DNA of 64,000 nt from an uncultured delta proteobacterium (GTDB lineage Bacteria > Myxococcota > UBA727 > VGSZ01). The notes beneath the pieces are model-generated. The model did no database searches. It saw nothing but the letters and a program-made list of their open reading frames with translations, and was not told the DNA's origin. Positions 51,961-63,194 of this stretch are shown piece after piece. The translations under genes and the position numbers were made by a program. The stretch spans positions 191,205 to 255,204 of the forward strand of contig CAVZJB010000014.1 of the NCBI GenBank assembly GCA_963775425.1, written 5' to 3'. Within the stretch, counting starts at the first letter, position 1; the number at the start of each line of letters is the position of its first letter.

Positions 51961-54174
51961 ATGAACCCCGCACTGCTGATCACCATCGCCGTCGCCGTCG
52001 GAGCCGTCTTCATCATCATCCTCGGCGCAGCGATGATGGTGAAGAAGTTCTACATCAAGGTCTCTCCGGGCCAGGCGCTCGTGAACAACAAGACCGGTGA
52101 GATGGTGATCTCGCTGACGGGCGGCCTCGTGCTGCCCATCGTCCATCGCGCCGAGATCATGGACGTGTCGGTCAAGACCATCGAGCTCGAGCGTCGCGGC
52201 AAGGAAGGGCTCATCTGCAAGGACAACATCCGCGCAGACATCAAGGTCGCGTTCTTCGTTCGCGTCAACCACGAGCCCAGCGACATCAAGAAGGTCGCCG
52301 AGCGCATCGGCTGCGCGCGCGCGTCGCACAGGGAGACGCTCGTCGAGCTGTTCGCCGCCAAGTTCTCCGAGGCGCTCAAGACCGTCGGCTACCAGATGAA
52401 CTTCGTGGAGCTGTACACGGAGCGCCGTCACTTCCGTGACCGCATCATCGAGGTCATCGGCACCGACCTCGACGGCTACCACCTGAACGACGTCGCCATC
52501 GACTACCTCGAGCAGACCCCGCTCGAGTCGCTCGATCCCGAGAACACCCTCGACGCCGAGGGCATCCGCGCCATCACCCAGATCACCAAGGCGAAGGAGG
52601 TGGAGACCAACCGCCTCAAGAACGACGCCCAGATGCAGATCGAGACGCAGAACACGGCGGCGCAGGACGTGATCACCAAGCAGGACGCCACGCGCAAGGC
52701 CGTCATCGCCGCGCGCTCCCGCGAGGCGGCGGTCGCGCAGGCGCGCGAGCAAGCGGAGACCATGAAGGAGGTCGCCGAGCAAAAGCTCAAGCAGGAGAGC
52801 GCGCGCATCAAGGCCGAGGAAGAGATCGCCATCGCCGAGCAGAACAAGGCGCGGCAGATCGAGGTCGCCGGGAAGAATCGCGAGCGCGTCGTGGGCATCG
52901 AGACCGAGCGCGTGCAGAAGGACCGCAACCTCGAGGCCATCAACCGCGAGCGCGAAGTGGAGCTGTCGCGCATCGAGAAAGAGAAGCTGCTCGAGGTGCA
53001 GCGCAAGGAGATCGCCGACGTCATCCGCGGCCGCGTCTCCGTCGAGCGCACCGTCGCCGAGGAGGAGGAGCGCATCAAGGGCGTCCGCGTCCTCGAGGAG
53101 GCCAAGCGCCAGAGAGACGCGCAGCTCATCGCCGCCGAGACCGAAGCGCAAAGCGCGCTCGTCAAGGACATCAAGGCCGCGGAGGCGCAGGAGAAGGCGT
53201 CGACGTTCCAGGCCAAAAAGCGCCTCACCCTCGCCGACGCCGAGCTCGAGGCCGCGGATCGGGAGGCCAAGGCCAAGGTGCGCAAGGCCGAGGGCATCCA
53301 GGCCGAGGCCGCGGCGCCGGGCCTCGCCGGCGTGAAGGTCAAGGAGGCCGACGCGGTCGCCCTGGAGAAGCGGGGCCTCGTCGAGGCCAAGGTCGAGCGC
53401 GAGAAGGGCATGGCCGCGGTGCAGGTGCAGACGGCGCAGGCCGAGGTCATCCAGAAGAAGCTCGAGGCCGAGGCCCGCGGCGAGGAGGCCAAGGGGACGG
53501 CGCTCGCCAAGGTGAAGAACCTCGACGCCGCGGCGGAGCAGGCGCGCATCGAGGCCGTCGCCCACGGGCGCGAGGCCGAGGCCGGCGCCGTCGAGAAGAT
53601 GGGGCTCGCCGAGGCCGTGGCCATCCGCGAGAAGGGCCACGCCGAAGCCGACGCCGTGCAGAACAAGATGATGGCGGAGGCCGAGGGCGTCGCGAAGAAG
53701 ATGCAGGCCATGAAGGCCATGGAGGGCTCCGCGCGCGAGCACGAGGAGTACCGCCTGCGCCTCGAGAACGAGCGGGTCATCCGCCTCGAGGGGCTGCAGA
53801 TCCAGGCCAAGGTCGCGCAGGAGCAGGCCAAGGTCATGGGAGAGGCCTTCAAGAACGCCAAGATCGACATCGTCGGTGGCGACGGCCAGTTCTTCGACCG
53901 CTTCGTGAACGCCGTGAGCCTCGGCAAGTCGCTCGACGCCATCGCGCAGAAGAGCAACGTCGCGTCCATGGCGGCCCAGGAGTACCTGAGCGGCGACCGT
54001 TCGCTGCCCGCGGACATCAAGGACGTGCTCACGCGGCCGGCGCTGTCGGCGGACGAGATCCGCGACCTCGGCGTCGCCGCGCTCCTGGCCAAGATCGCCG
54101 GCGGCGCCAAGGGCGGCGAGAAGAAGAAGATCGAGTCGCTCATCGAGAAGGCCAGGGAGCTCGGCTTCGAGTGA
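51961..54174 (+). CDS. Flotillin/SPFH family protein (YqiK-like)
   Basis: N-terminal TM, GLICKDNIRADIKV.FFVRVN, AKFSEALKTVG, IDYLEQT, LDAEGI..IT, long AE-rich coiled coil, IDIVGGD..FFDR. Confidence 0.92.
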   Translation: MNPALLITIAVAVGAVFIIILGAAMMVKKFYIKVSPGQALVNNKTGEMVISLTGGLVLPIVHRAEIMDVSVKTIELERRGKEGLICKDNIRADIKVAFFVRVNHEPSDIKKVAERIGCARASHRETLVELFAAKFSEALKTVGYQMNFVELYTERRHFRDRIIEVIGTDLDGYHLNDVAIDYLEQTPLESLDPENTLDAEGIRAITQITKAKEVETNRLKNDAQMQIETQNTAAQDVITKQDATRKAVIAARSREAAVAQAREQAETMKEVAEQKLKQESARIKAEEEIAIAEQNKARQIEVAGKNRERVVGIETERVQKDRNLEAINREREVELSRIEKEKLLEVQRKEIADVIRGRVSVERTVAEEEERIKGVRVLEEAKRQRDAQLIAAETEAQSALVKDIKAAEAQEKASTFQAKKRLTLADAELEAADREAKAKVRKAEGIQAEAAAPGLAGVKVKEADAVALEKRGLVEAKVEREKGMAAVQVQTAQAEVIQKKLEAEARGEEAKGTALAKVKNLDAAAEQARIEAVAHGREAEAGAVEKMGLAEAVAIREKGHAEADAVQNKMMAEAEGVAKKMQAMKAMEGSAREHEEYRLRLENERVIRLEGLQIQAKVAQEQAKVMGEAFKNAKIDIVGGDGQFFDRFVNAVSLGKSLDAIAQKSNVASMAAQEYLSGDRSLPADIKDVLTRPALSADEIRDLGVAALLAKIAGGAKGGEKKKIESLIEKARELGFE

Positions 54175-54234
54175 GGAGCTGAGCGGCGGGATGACGTTTG
54201 TCGACGCGGGGGCCGGCAATCGCTACGGTCGGGC

Positions 54235-54660
54235 ATGAGCCCGAACCCGCCCGACGACGTCATTCGCAAGCTCCTCGCGGAGGCCCGCACCATGGCCGTC
54301 GTCGGCGCGTCGGCGAACCCGGCGAGGCCGTCGCACGGGGTGATGAGCCGCTTGATGCGCGCGGGGTACCGCTGCTTCCCCGTGAACCCCAACGAGCCCG
54401 AAGTGCTCGGGCAGCGCGCCTATGCCTCGCTCGCCGACGTCCCCGACAAGATCGACGTCGTCGACGTCTTTCGCCGCAGCGAATTCGTCCCGCCCGTCGT
54501 CGACGAGGCCATCCGCATCGGCGCGAAGGTGCTGTGGCTGCAGGAGGGCGTGGTCCACGAGGAGGCCGCCGCCAAGGCGCGCGCTGCCGGCCTCGTCGTC
54601 GTGCAGGACCTCTGCACCGCCGTGATGATCTCGCTCCTGCGCGTCGCGCCCGGGGCCTGA
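54235..54660 (+). CDS. CoA-binding protein (YccU-like)
   Basis: AVVGAS.NP.RPS, PVNP, IDVVDVFR, LWLQEG, VQDLC. Confidence 0.92.
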   Translation: MSPNPPDDVIRKLLAEARTMAVVGASANPARPSHGVMSRLMRAGYRCFPVNPNEPEVLGQRAYASLADVPDKIDVVDVFRRSEFVPPVVDEAIRIGAKVLWLQEGVVHEEAAAKARAAGLVVVQDLCTAVMISLLRVAPGA

Positions 54661-54754
54661 CAGGCGCCACGCCGACGGATCCCGTAGCACCCGCGCCCGT
54701 GGCCCGCGTCACGGCCGCGGGAACGGACCGGGCGCGCGCGGCGTTTCGGCGTGG

Positions 54755-56020
54755 ATGCTCCGGATCGTCGTCAGCGCCCTCGCCCTCGGCCTCATCGCCA
54801 TGCACTGCGGCACCTGCGCGTGCGACGTCGCCGTCCCCGCGAGCGGCCTCGAGCAACGCGCGCTCCTGCGCGGGCTCGAGCGGCGCATCGACGACGGCGA
54901 GCAGGCACGGATGCGCCGCATCTTCCCGGAGGGCGGGCTGTTCACGCTCAGCTTCACCGGCTTCTCGCTCGTGAACATGGCCGTGGCGCGCCCCGGCGAC
55001 GAGGCCTTCCGCGCGCACGCGCGTGACGAGGTGAAAGCGCTCCTCGAAAAGACCGACGCCGAGCGCGACGTCTCCCCGTTTTCCTCGTGGGGCAGGCGCG
55101 AGCGGCGCACCCTCACGGGGCCGCGCAGCGGAGCGCGCTCGACGCCGCGCGCGAGCTGGCGCGGCGCGATCCTCGAGGGTCACCAGAACCTGCTGCGCGC
55201 AGGCTACGTCCTGCTCGGCGGCGACGACGTCGACGTCGTGCGCGACTTCCACGACACCTCCTCGGCGCTGCACCGCCGGTTCCTCCGCGCGCCGTCGGGC
55301 GCCATCGAGAGCTTCTGGCACCGCACCTGGTACGTCGACAACGCCGTCGCCCTCGAGAGCCTGCGGCTCCACGACGTCATCTACGGCACCGATCTGTACG
55401 CCAGGCCCTACGCGCGCTTCCGCGAGGGTCTCACCGCGCACACAGACGCGCGCGCGCGCCTGCCGGCCAGCGAGGTCTCTCTCGACGGCACGCGCACGCT
55501 CGACGGTCCCCGCGGCTGCGCGCTGTCGTGGCTCCTCGCCTTTCAGCCCGATCCGGCGATGTACGCGCGCTACCGCCGGATCTTCGGCAAAGACGTCTTG
55601 GGCATGCGCGGCTTCCGCGAGGTGCCGCCCTGGAGGACCCACCGCGCCGACGTCGACAGCGGCCCCATCGTCGACGGCGTCGGCGCCGCCGCCAGCGCCT
55701 TCGGCGTCGCCGCCGCCCGCAGAAACGGCGACGTCGACACGCTCGCACGCATGGAGCTGCCGCTCACGATCCTCACCGCGCCCGCGCTCACCCTCCACGG
55801 CGACGAGGAGCTCTTCGGCGGACAGCTCGTGCTCGCCGACGCGCTGTCGTTGTGGGCGCGCACGGTGACACCGTGGGACGCGCCGGTCGCCCTCGAGCGC
55901 GCGCGGCCACCGTTTTTGCCCGCGCTCGTCGCGTTCTTGCTCGCGATGGCGCCGGTCGCCCTCGCGGCGTTCGCTCTGCGCAGGAGCGTCGCGCCCCGCC
56001 GATCGAGCGCCGGTCGCTGA
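54755..56020 (+). CDS. Exported, C-terminally anchored protein; possibly linalool dehydratase/isomerase-like
   Basis: Signal peptide, FPEG.LF, ES.....W.VDN..A..SL..HD, RG....W, RE.P......DVDSGP...G.G.AASAFG, C-terminal TM. Confidence 0.6.
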   Translation: MLRIVVSALALGLIAMHCGTCACDVAVPASGLEQRALLRGLERRIDDGEQARMRRIFPEGGLFTLSFTGFSLVNMAVARPGDEAFRAHARDEVKALLEKTDAERDVSPFSSWGRRERRTLTGPRSGARSTPRASWRGAILEGHQNLLRAGYVLLGGDDVDVVRDFHDTSSALHRRFLRAPSGAIESFWHRTWYVDNAVALESLRLHDVIYGTDLYARPYARFREGLTAHTDARARLPASEVSLDGTRTLDGPRGCALSWLLAFQPDPAMYARYRRIFGKDVLGMRGFREVPPWRTHRADVDSGPIVDGVGAAASAFGVAAARRNGDVDTLARMELPLTILTAPALTLHGDEELFGGQLVLADALSLWARTVTPWDAPVALERARPPFLPALVAFLLAMAPVALAAFALRRSVAPRRSSAGR

Positions 56021-56506
56021 TCAGGCGGCGTCGAGGGAGATGCCCTTTTCGCGGAGCTGATCGACGAGCGGGAAGAGGACCTCCTCCTCCGCCTCGAAGT
56101 GCGCCGCGAACAAGCCGATGAGGTTGTCGAGGGTGCGCACGAACTCGGCGCCGTCGGGCATGGGCTCGGCGGCGAGGCGGCGCAGGTCGTCGAAGGAGCG
56201 ATAGATGAAGCGGTGCTCCACCCGCAGCGCCGCCGTCACCGACTTGCCGGCGTGCTTCTCGATCAGCGGATAGAGGTCGTTGTCCTCGTGTCGCGTGTGG
56301 TTCTCGATGTGTTGCTCGAGCCACGCGATCACGCGGTCCATGTCCTGCCGGCGCTCACGCGGATCTTCGGCGCCGATGCTGGAGAGCGACGCGCGGAGGT
56401 GGCGGAGTTGCTCGCGGATCTCGTCGTGCTCCGTCCCGAGCGCGAGCCGCTCCACGCTCTTGCCCGGCACGTGGTTCCGCGGGGTCCCTTTGAACAGCTT
56501 GGTCAT
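56021..56506 (-). CDS. Hemerythrin/HHE domain protein
   Basis: EH, H..HE...LYP, EH, H...EEEVLFP. CAGGAGG RBS before ATG at 56506. Confidence 0.85.
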   Translation of the reverse strand: MTKLFKGTPRNHVPGKSVERLALGTEHDEIREQLRHLRASLSSIGAEDPRERRQDMDRVIAWLEQHIENHTRHEDNDLYPLIEKHAGKSVTAALRVEHRFIYRSFDDLRRLAAEPMPDGAEFVRTLDNLIGLFAAHFEAEEEVLFPLVDQLREKGISLDAA

Positions 56507-56665
56507 CGCGCCCTCCTGCACCGCGCGACTGCAGGAAGCGTGCGCAGAAAGGCGCGCGCGATCAGGCGACCGGACGGCGCGGCCACGCTCGATCACGGCG
56601 CCAGGGGGCGCGCCCGCTGTGCGGGCGCCCGTGCGGAATCGCCCGCGACCGTGCGAGACCGCCCG

Positions 56666-57916
56666 CTACTCGAACGCCTTCTTCAGCTTGCCGAGGAAGC
56701 CGCCCTCGCCCTTCCTCGCGCGCGTCACGGTGGCGCCGCGGTCCTCCGCGAGCGCGATGATCTTGCCGAGGTTGTTCTTGTAGGCGACGTTGTTGGGCTC
56801 GAGCTCCACCGCCCGCACCAACGCGTCGCTCGCGTCGGAGAAGCGCTTGAACCGCGTGGCGAGCATCAGGCCGCGCCGGTTGTGGATGTGGGCGGCGTCG
56901 GGGTTGGCGGCGATGGCCTGCTCGAGGAGCAGCAACGCCTTGTGGAAGTTCCCCTGCTTCTCCGCCATGTCCGCCTCCGCGAACAGCGCGGTGTCCGTCG
57001 ACGCCGCCGCCTTGGCCGCCTGCGGCCACGTGCGCAACAGCTCCTTGTAGCGGGGCTCGGCCGGGTCCGTGTCGGCGGCGAGCTTGGCGTAGACGTGCGC
57101 GCGCACGCGGTTCCCCTTCTTGAGCTCGGCGTGCGCGAGCTCGAAGAAGCCCGCCGCGCGCTCCTTGGTGAGGTTGAAGTCGTGGTCGGGGGCGGTGGCC
57201 GACGGCGGCGCGGGCTTGTGGTCCCACGGCGACGTCGCTCCGCTGGACGCGTCTTCGAGCGCGGGCATCGGGTCGAGCTCGTACCCGGGTTGGCGCTCCA
57301 CGCTCTTGCCCTGCGCCGCGGCCGCCGGCACCTGCTGGTCCTCGACGGTGGCGTCCGGATCCGGCGGCTCGTCGTCCTCGTCCGACAGGAGGTCACGAAG
57401 GTGCGGCGGCGCCACGGCGCCGACGAGCTCCACGGCGCCCTTCTCGGCGAGCATGCCGACGGCGATACGCACGTCGTCACCGGACAACCCCGTCTTCTTG
57501 CGCAGCCGGGCCACCGGGCGCTGACCGTCGATGAACGAGAGCACGTGCAGCTCGAACGCGGAGAGCATGGCCTTGCGTTTGTCGACGTCGGCGGCGGGCT
57601 TGAGCACCGCCTCCGCCTTCATCAGCTCCTGCACGCTCTTTCCGACGTAGAGCGCGGCGGGCACCACCTCGCGGTCGACGTCGACGGTGTCGGCGGTGAG
57701 GAAGCTCCCGGTGGACTCCGAGAACAGCTCGACATCCTCGTCGAGGCCGCCGATCACGACGGCGTCCCCGGCCGACGACACCCGCACCGGCGCGTGAGCA
57801 CCGGTGCTGACATTCAGGATGTCGTCGCCGAGGAACGTGGTGTCGAGGATGAAGTCGCAGCGAGGGCAGATGACCGCGCCCTCGCCGAAGCCTTCGCCGC
57901 ACTTCGGACACTGCAT
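56666..57916 (-). CDS. Zinc-ribbon + TPR protein
   Basis: N-terminal CPKC..(10)..CPRC, central wHTH-like segment, C-terminal TPRs (AI..NPD.A..HN.RG, AVELEPNN..YKNNL). Confidence 0.78.
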   Translation of the reverse strand: MQCPKCGEGFGEGAVICPRCDFILDTTFLGDDILNVSTGAHAPVRVSSAGDAVVIGGLDEDVELFSESTGSFLTADTVDVDREVVPAALYVGKSVQELMKAEAVLKPAADVDKRKAMLSAFELHVLSFIDGQRPVARLRKKTGLSGDDVRIAVGMLAEKGAVELVGAVAPPHLRDLLSDEDDEPPDPDATVEDQQVPAAAAQGKSVERQPGYELDPMPALEDASSGATSPWDHKPAPPSATAPDHDFNLTKERAAGFFELAHAELKKGNRVRAHVYAKLAADTDPAEPRYKELLRTWPQAAKAAASTDTALFAEADMAEKQGNFHKALLLLEQAIAANPDAAHIHNRRGLMLATRFKRFSDASDALVRAVELEPNNVAYKNNLGKIIALAEDRGATVTRARKGEGGFLGKLKKAFE

Positions 57917-57926
57917 GTGCGCGAGA

Positions 57927-59483
57927 CTACACCGCCTCTTCGCGCGCGCGCTGAGCGACGCGGGCGAACGGCACCGTGGTGAGCTCCTTCATGAACGCCT
58001 GCGCGCCGGAGTCTTCCATCTGGAACTTGACGACGTTGAAGCACGCCCACGCAGTCTTCTCGGTGGGGTCCTCGACCAGGCGCTTCTTCAAGAACGTGAT
58101 GGCGTCGGGCAGCGCCATCAAGCGGTCCATCCCGCCGAGGGCGTTGCCGCGGACCTCCTCGTCGGCGTCGTCGACGGCGGCGCGCACGAAGATCTCGCGC
58201 AGCTCGGGGTGCTCGCTCATGTTCACCGACTGCCACGCCATGCGCCGGCGCACCTCGACGCTCTTGTCGGTGATGAGGGTCTGCACGAGGGTGGCGGCGC
58301 GCGCGTCCTCGGGGAGCCAGTGGACGGCGTCGGCGATCTCCTCGCGCACGACGGTGTGCGGGTTGTTTTGCGCGTGCAAGAGCAGCGTGTCGAGCACGAG
58401 GTCCTTGGCGCCGTGGTGGTGCGCGATGGCGAGCGCGGACACCGCGGACTTCTGCACGTCGGGCGAGGCGTCGGCCCCGAGGATCTGCACCGCCTTGTCG
58501 ACGACGGCGCGGTCGCTGGTGAATTCGGCGAAGGAGCGCACCGCGGCGGCGCGCACGCCGGCGTCGGGGTCGCCGGCCATGGCGAGCAGCAAGGGCTTGC
58601 GCTCGGCGATCTCCTTGTCGGCGTCGAGGTAGAGCCGCGTGGCCATCTCGGCGCGCACGTCGGGGCTGTCGTGCGCGGCGAGCCGCGCGACGAGCGGCCA
58701 CGCGCCTTCCTCGCCGAACTTGGCGGCGACGCTGACGACCTCGCGCATCATGTCCGGGTCCTTGAGCGTGCGCTCGTCGGCCATGGCCTCGAGCGCCTTG
58801 ATGTGCTCCCTGGAGGCGCGGTTGTTGAGGACGTTGCCCCACGTGGCGAGCGCCTGCGAGCGCACGCGATCGCTGTTTTGCGCCGTCATCTTCTTGGCGA
58901 GGAAGGGCGCGATGTTCGAGAAGTCGCTGTCTGCGTCGAAGGAGGCGCAGAGCAGGTCGTTCATGGCGCTCCACTGCTCGTCGTCGTCACGGGACATGAG
59001 GCCGGGGAATTTCCCGAGGATCTCCTCCTCCTTCATCTTGCCCTTGAACAGGCCGCCGAAGAGCCCGGGGTTGGCGCCCTCGGAGGACGGCCCGATGATC
59101 TTGAGGTCGGCCTCGGCCTTGGGGTCCTTGACGCCGGGGATGTCGGCGGTGGCGAAGATCTTGAACGTCGCCTTGGGATCGGTGCCGCTCGGGACGGCGA
59201 AGCTGAAGTCGTACTTGTTGAGGCTGGCGGGCGGCAGGTCCTGGTTGGCGATGACGGTGTTGTCGAGGAGGGTCTGCAGCTCGATCTTCGGGAGCGGCTG
59301 GTCCTTGACCGGCGTGACCTTGACGGACACGAGGCGCACCTTCAGGGCCGTGAGCTTCAGCGGCTTCTTGCCGCCGGAGAGCGTGAGCGCGCCGGAGAGC
59401 GTGCCGCCCTCGGGGATCATGCCCGTGTCGAGGGCCAGGGTGAGGTTGGTGCCGCCGCCGAACATCTTGTCCAAAAGGCCCAT
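57927..59483 (-). CDS. Spo0M-like N-domain fused to HEAT repeats
   Basis: [11 protein letters not shown]...L.LD....GG.L.G...[12 protein letters not shown], then repeated D.D..VR..A HEAT units. Confidence 0.72.
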   Translation of the reverse strand: MGLLDKMFGGGTNLTLALDTGMIPEGGTLSGALTLSGGKKPLKLTALKVRLVSVKVTPVKDQPLPKIELQTLLDNTVIANQDLPPASLNKYDFSFAVPSGTDPKATFKIFATADIPGVKDPKAEADLKIIGPSSEGANPGLFGGLFKGKMKEEEILGKFPGLMSRDDDEQWSAMNDLLCASFDADSDFSNIAPFLAKKMTAQNSDRVRSQALATWGNVLNNRASREHIKALEAMADERTLKDPDMMREVVSVAAKFGEEGAWPLVARLAAHDSPDVRAEMATRLYLDADKEIAERKPLLLAMAGDPDAGVRAAAVRSFAEFTSDRAVVDKAVQILGADASPDVQKSAVSALAIAHHHGAKDLVLDTLLLHAQNNPHTVVREEIADAVHWLPEDARAATLVQTLITDKSVEVRRRMAWQSVNMSEHPELREIFVRAAVDDADEEVRGNALGGMDRLMALPDAITFLKKRLVEDPTEKTAWACFNVVKFQMEDSGAQAFMKELTTVPFARVAQRAREEAV

Positions 59484-59563
59484 GGTGGGTTTGTCCTTGG
59501 TGGAAGGGAGCCGCGCTCTACGGCGCCACATGCAAAATCGCAGTGACCCGGGTACGTTGCCGC

Positions 59564-60259
59564 ATGCTCACTCTGCGAAACTCCGACGCGCGCGGACGGG
59601 CGGACCACGGCTGGCTCGACAGCCGTCACACCTTCTCGTTCGCCGACTACTACGACCCGCGCTTCATGGGCTTTTCGACCTTGCGGGTCATCAACGAAGA
59701 CCGCGTGGCGCCCGGCGGCGGGTTCCCGACGCACCCGCACAAGGACATGGAGATCATCTCCTACGTCCTCGAGGGCTCGCTCGCGCACAAGGACTCCATG
59801 GGCAACGGCTCGGTGATCCGCCCCGGCGACGTCCAACGCATGAGCGCCGGCACCGGCGTTCTGCACAGCGAGATGAACGCGTCGCCGTCTCTGCCCGTGC
59901 ACTTCCTCCAGATCTGGATCCTGCCGCGCGCGCCGGGCATCGCGCCGGGCTACGAGCAGAAGCGCTTCTCCGACGACGACAAGCGCGGCCTCCTGCGCCT
60001 CGTGGCCTCGCCGGACGGCAGCGAGGGGAGCGTCACGCTCCACGGCGACGCCCGCCTGTACGCCGGCATCTTCGACGACGGGGAGCGCGCCGCGCACGCC
60101 CTCGAGGGCCGCGACGCCTGGGTGCACGTCGTTCGCGGCCGCGCGCGCGTGAACGGCGCCGAGCTGCGCGAAGGCGACGCCGCCGCGCTCACCGGCGAGC
60201 GCGAGGTGGTGGTCGACGGCCTCGGCGGCGAGGTGCTCGTCTTCGATCTGCCGCGTTGA
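59564..60259 (+). CDS. Pirin family protein (YhhW-like)
   Basis: [49 protein letters not shown]. Confidence 0.95.
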   Translation: MLTLRNSDARGRADHGWLDSRHTFSFADYYDPRFMGFSTLRVINEDRVAPGGGFPTHPHKDMEIISYVLEGSLAHKDSMGNGSVIRPGDVQRMSAGTGVLHSEMNASPSLPVHFLQIWILPRAPGIAPGYEQKRFSDDDKRGLLRLVASPDGSEGSVTLHGDARLYAGIFDDGERAAHALEGRDAWVHVVRGRARVNGAELREGDAAALTGEREVVVDGLGGEVLVFDLPR

Positions 60260-60333
60260 GCCGCGTGATGACGGGCGCCGTCGTCGCCGCGCGCGTCGAC
60301 ACCGCCGGTCGCCCGTGAGGCGCGCCCCCGCGG

Positions 60334-61011
60334 CTACGGCACCGGGGGCACGCAGGACCCCGTGGAAGGCGCGCAGTTGCCGTTCACGCAGAAGCGGTCG
60401 ACGCCGCAGTCGCCGTCGGTGCTGCAGGCGGCGGCGACGCAGCCGTGGCGGTCGACGAGGTCGCCGGTCGCGGGGGTGACGCAGTCGCGCCACGCGTCGC
60501 AGACGAAGCCGTCGGCGCAGGCGACGGGGGTGCAGTGCCCGTCGCCGGTGCAGGCCTCGTCGGCGGCGCAGCGGCCCTGGCCGGCGACGTCGTTGCAGTC
60601 GGCGACGCAGGCGTTGTGCTCCGCGCAGGTGTGGAGCGCGACGCGCTCGCAGACCTGGCCTCCTGCCGTGATCGGGCAGTCGCCGTCGCCGCTGCAGTCG
60701 TCGGGCTGCGGCGGGACCCCGCACGAGGGAGAGGAATTCGCAGAGACGCAGCCGGCGAAGCCGTCGCAGTCGCCGTCGCTGCGGCAGCCGGCGTCGCCTT
60801 CGCCTTCGCCCTCGCCTTCGCCCTCGCCTTCGCCCTCGCCTTCGCCCTCGCCTTCGCCCTCGCCTTCGCCCTCGCCTTCGCCCTCGCCTTCGCCCTCACC
60901 TTCACCCTCACCTTCACCTTCGCCTTCGCCTTCGCCTTCGCCGCCGGGTGCGGGGCAGGCGGTCAGCGGCGCGAGCGCGAACAGGAGCGTGGCGACGACG
61001 AGGAAACGCAT
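60334..61011 (-). CDS. Cys-rich GE-repeat lipoprotein
   Basis: Lipobox LTAC, about 24 GE units, repeated C..D.DC modules. Confidence 0.82.
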   Translation of the reverse strand: MRFLVVATLLFALAPLTACPAPGGEGEGEGEGEGEGEGEGEGEGEGEGEGEGEGEGEGEGEGEGEGEGEGEGDAGCRSDGDCDGFAGCVSANSSPSCGVPPQPDDCSGDGDCPITAGGQVCERVALHTCAEHNACVADCNDVAGQGRCAADEACTGDGHCTPVACADGFVCDAWRDCVTPATGDLVDRHGCVAAACSTDGDCGVDRFCVNGNCAPSTGSCVPPVP

Positions 61012-61191
61012 GCGGGCCTCCGCCGCCGATGCAAGCACGACGCATGCCTTTGCCGGGCGCCCGGCGCCGCGCGCCGCCGAGGCCCAAGCGGGCGGCGCGC
61101 GCGGAAATCCGCGAGAAGGCTGCGCGCAGGCAGCACCGACGAAAGGACGATGGCGGCGGCGGCTGCGGGCGTGCAGCCCTCCGCGCCTCGA

Positions 61192-62454
61192 TCACGCGGG
61201 CGGCGGGCGCAACGTGAGCGCGACGCCGGCGCCGACGGCGACGAGGGCGGCGCCCACGAACAGCGGCGCGCCGTGCATCATCTCGAAGAGCGCGCCCGAG
61301 ACCGAAGGGCCGAGGATGCGCCCGAGCGCCGACATCGACTGCCCGAGGCCGAGCACGCCGCCCTGCTCGTCGCCGCCGACGGAGCGCGAAAGCAAGCTCG
61401 ACTGCGACGGCGTGAAGATGCCCGAGCCGAACGACAGCAGAACGAACACGGGGAAGAGCGCGTCGTAGCCGGCGACGTCGGCGACGAAGGGGACGGCGAC
61501 GAAGCTGACGGCGATGCAGATGCAGCCGACGATGATCAAGAGCTTCTCGCTCGCCACCTTGCGCAGCCGCCCGATGAGCCCGCCCTGAACGATGACGGAC
61601 GTAATGCCCACGGCGAGCAGGATCCACGTCGTCAGCTTGGTGGCCGCCTTGGTGCCCTCGGACGTGCCCACCTGGGCAGCGGGCAGGAACGTGTGCTCGA
61701 TGAAGAGCGCCAGCGACGTCTCCATCAACGAGAAGCCGACCGTGAACACGAAGAGCACGGTCAACAGCGCGGGGACGTTCACGAACGCGCGCGCGCGCGC
61801 GATGGCCTTGAGCCCGAGGAAGCCGCGGTGCGCCGCGGTCGAGCCCGCGCGCCTCGTCTCGCGCAGGCGCGCGAGCGCGAAGATCCAGTTGAGCCCGCCG
61901 AGCCCCGCGGCGATGAACGCCGCCGACGCCGGGCCCCACTTCGCCGCGGCGAGGCCGCCGATGATGGGGCCGAAGATGAAGCCGAGGCCGAACGCGGCGC
62001 CGATCATGCCCATGGCCTTCGCGCGATCCTTGCCGGGCGTGACGTCGGCGACGATGGCCTGCACCGTGCCGAGGTTGGCGTTGCCGAAGCCGGCCAGCAT
62101 GCGCGCGGCGAAGAGCATCCACAGGGAGCTCGCGAGGCCGAACACGAGGAAGCCGCAGGCGCCGATGGCGATGGAGATGAGCACCACCGGCCGGCGGCCG
62201 ATGCGATCGCTCAGGCGCCCCCACATCGGCGCGAACAAGAACTGCATCAACGAGTACGACGCCCCGAGCCACGTCGCCACGTGCGGCGCCGCGCCGAAGC
62301 TCTCCGCGTAGAACTGCTGAAACGGAATGATGATCCCGAAGCCGAGCAGGTCGAGGAAGAGCGTGACGAAGACGACGCCGAGCACGCCCCGGTTCGACGG
62401 CGCCGCCGCCGCCGGGGGCGCGCCCTCGCCTGCGGGAGGTTCGATGTCGGCCAT
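61192..62454 (-). CDS. MFS transporter (TetA/DHA1-like)
   Basis: FLD.LGFGIIIP, motif A G.LSDRIGRRPV, G.IGAAFGLGFI.GP, about 12 TM segments. Confidence 0.92.
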   Translation of the reverse strand: MADIEPPAGEGAPPAAAAPSNRGVLGVVFVTLFLDLLGFGIIIPFQQFYAESFGAAPHVATWLGASYSLMQFLFAPMWGRLSDRIGRRPVVLISIAIGACGFLVFGLASSLWMLFAARMLAGFGNANLGTVQAIVADVTPGKDRAKAMGMIGAAFGLGFIFGPIIGGLAAAKWGPASAAFIAAGLGGLNWIFALARLRETRRAGSTAAHRGFLGLKAIARARAFVNVPALLTVLFVFTVGFSLMETSLALFIEHTFLPAAQVGTSEGTKAATKLTTWILLAVGITSVIVQGGLIGRLRKVASEKLLIIVGCICIAVSFVAVPFVADVAGYDALFPVFVLLSFGSGIFTPSQSSLLSRSVGGDEQGGVLGLGQSMSALGRILGPSVSGALFEMMHGAPLFVGAALVAVGAGVALTLRPPPA

Positions 62455-62501
62455 GCCGGACCTTCTTGCAGAGGGCGGGCGCGTCGTCCACAGTCCCCGC
62501 C

Positions 62502-63190
<689 letters not shown>

Positions 63191-63194
<4 letters not shown>

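Noticed and set aside
61192-62454. Acquired tetracycline resistance gene
   Set aside because: Generic DHA1 MFS motifs, host-like codon usage, no tetR or mobile context.
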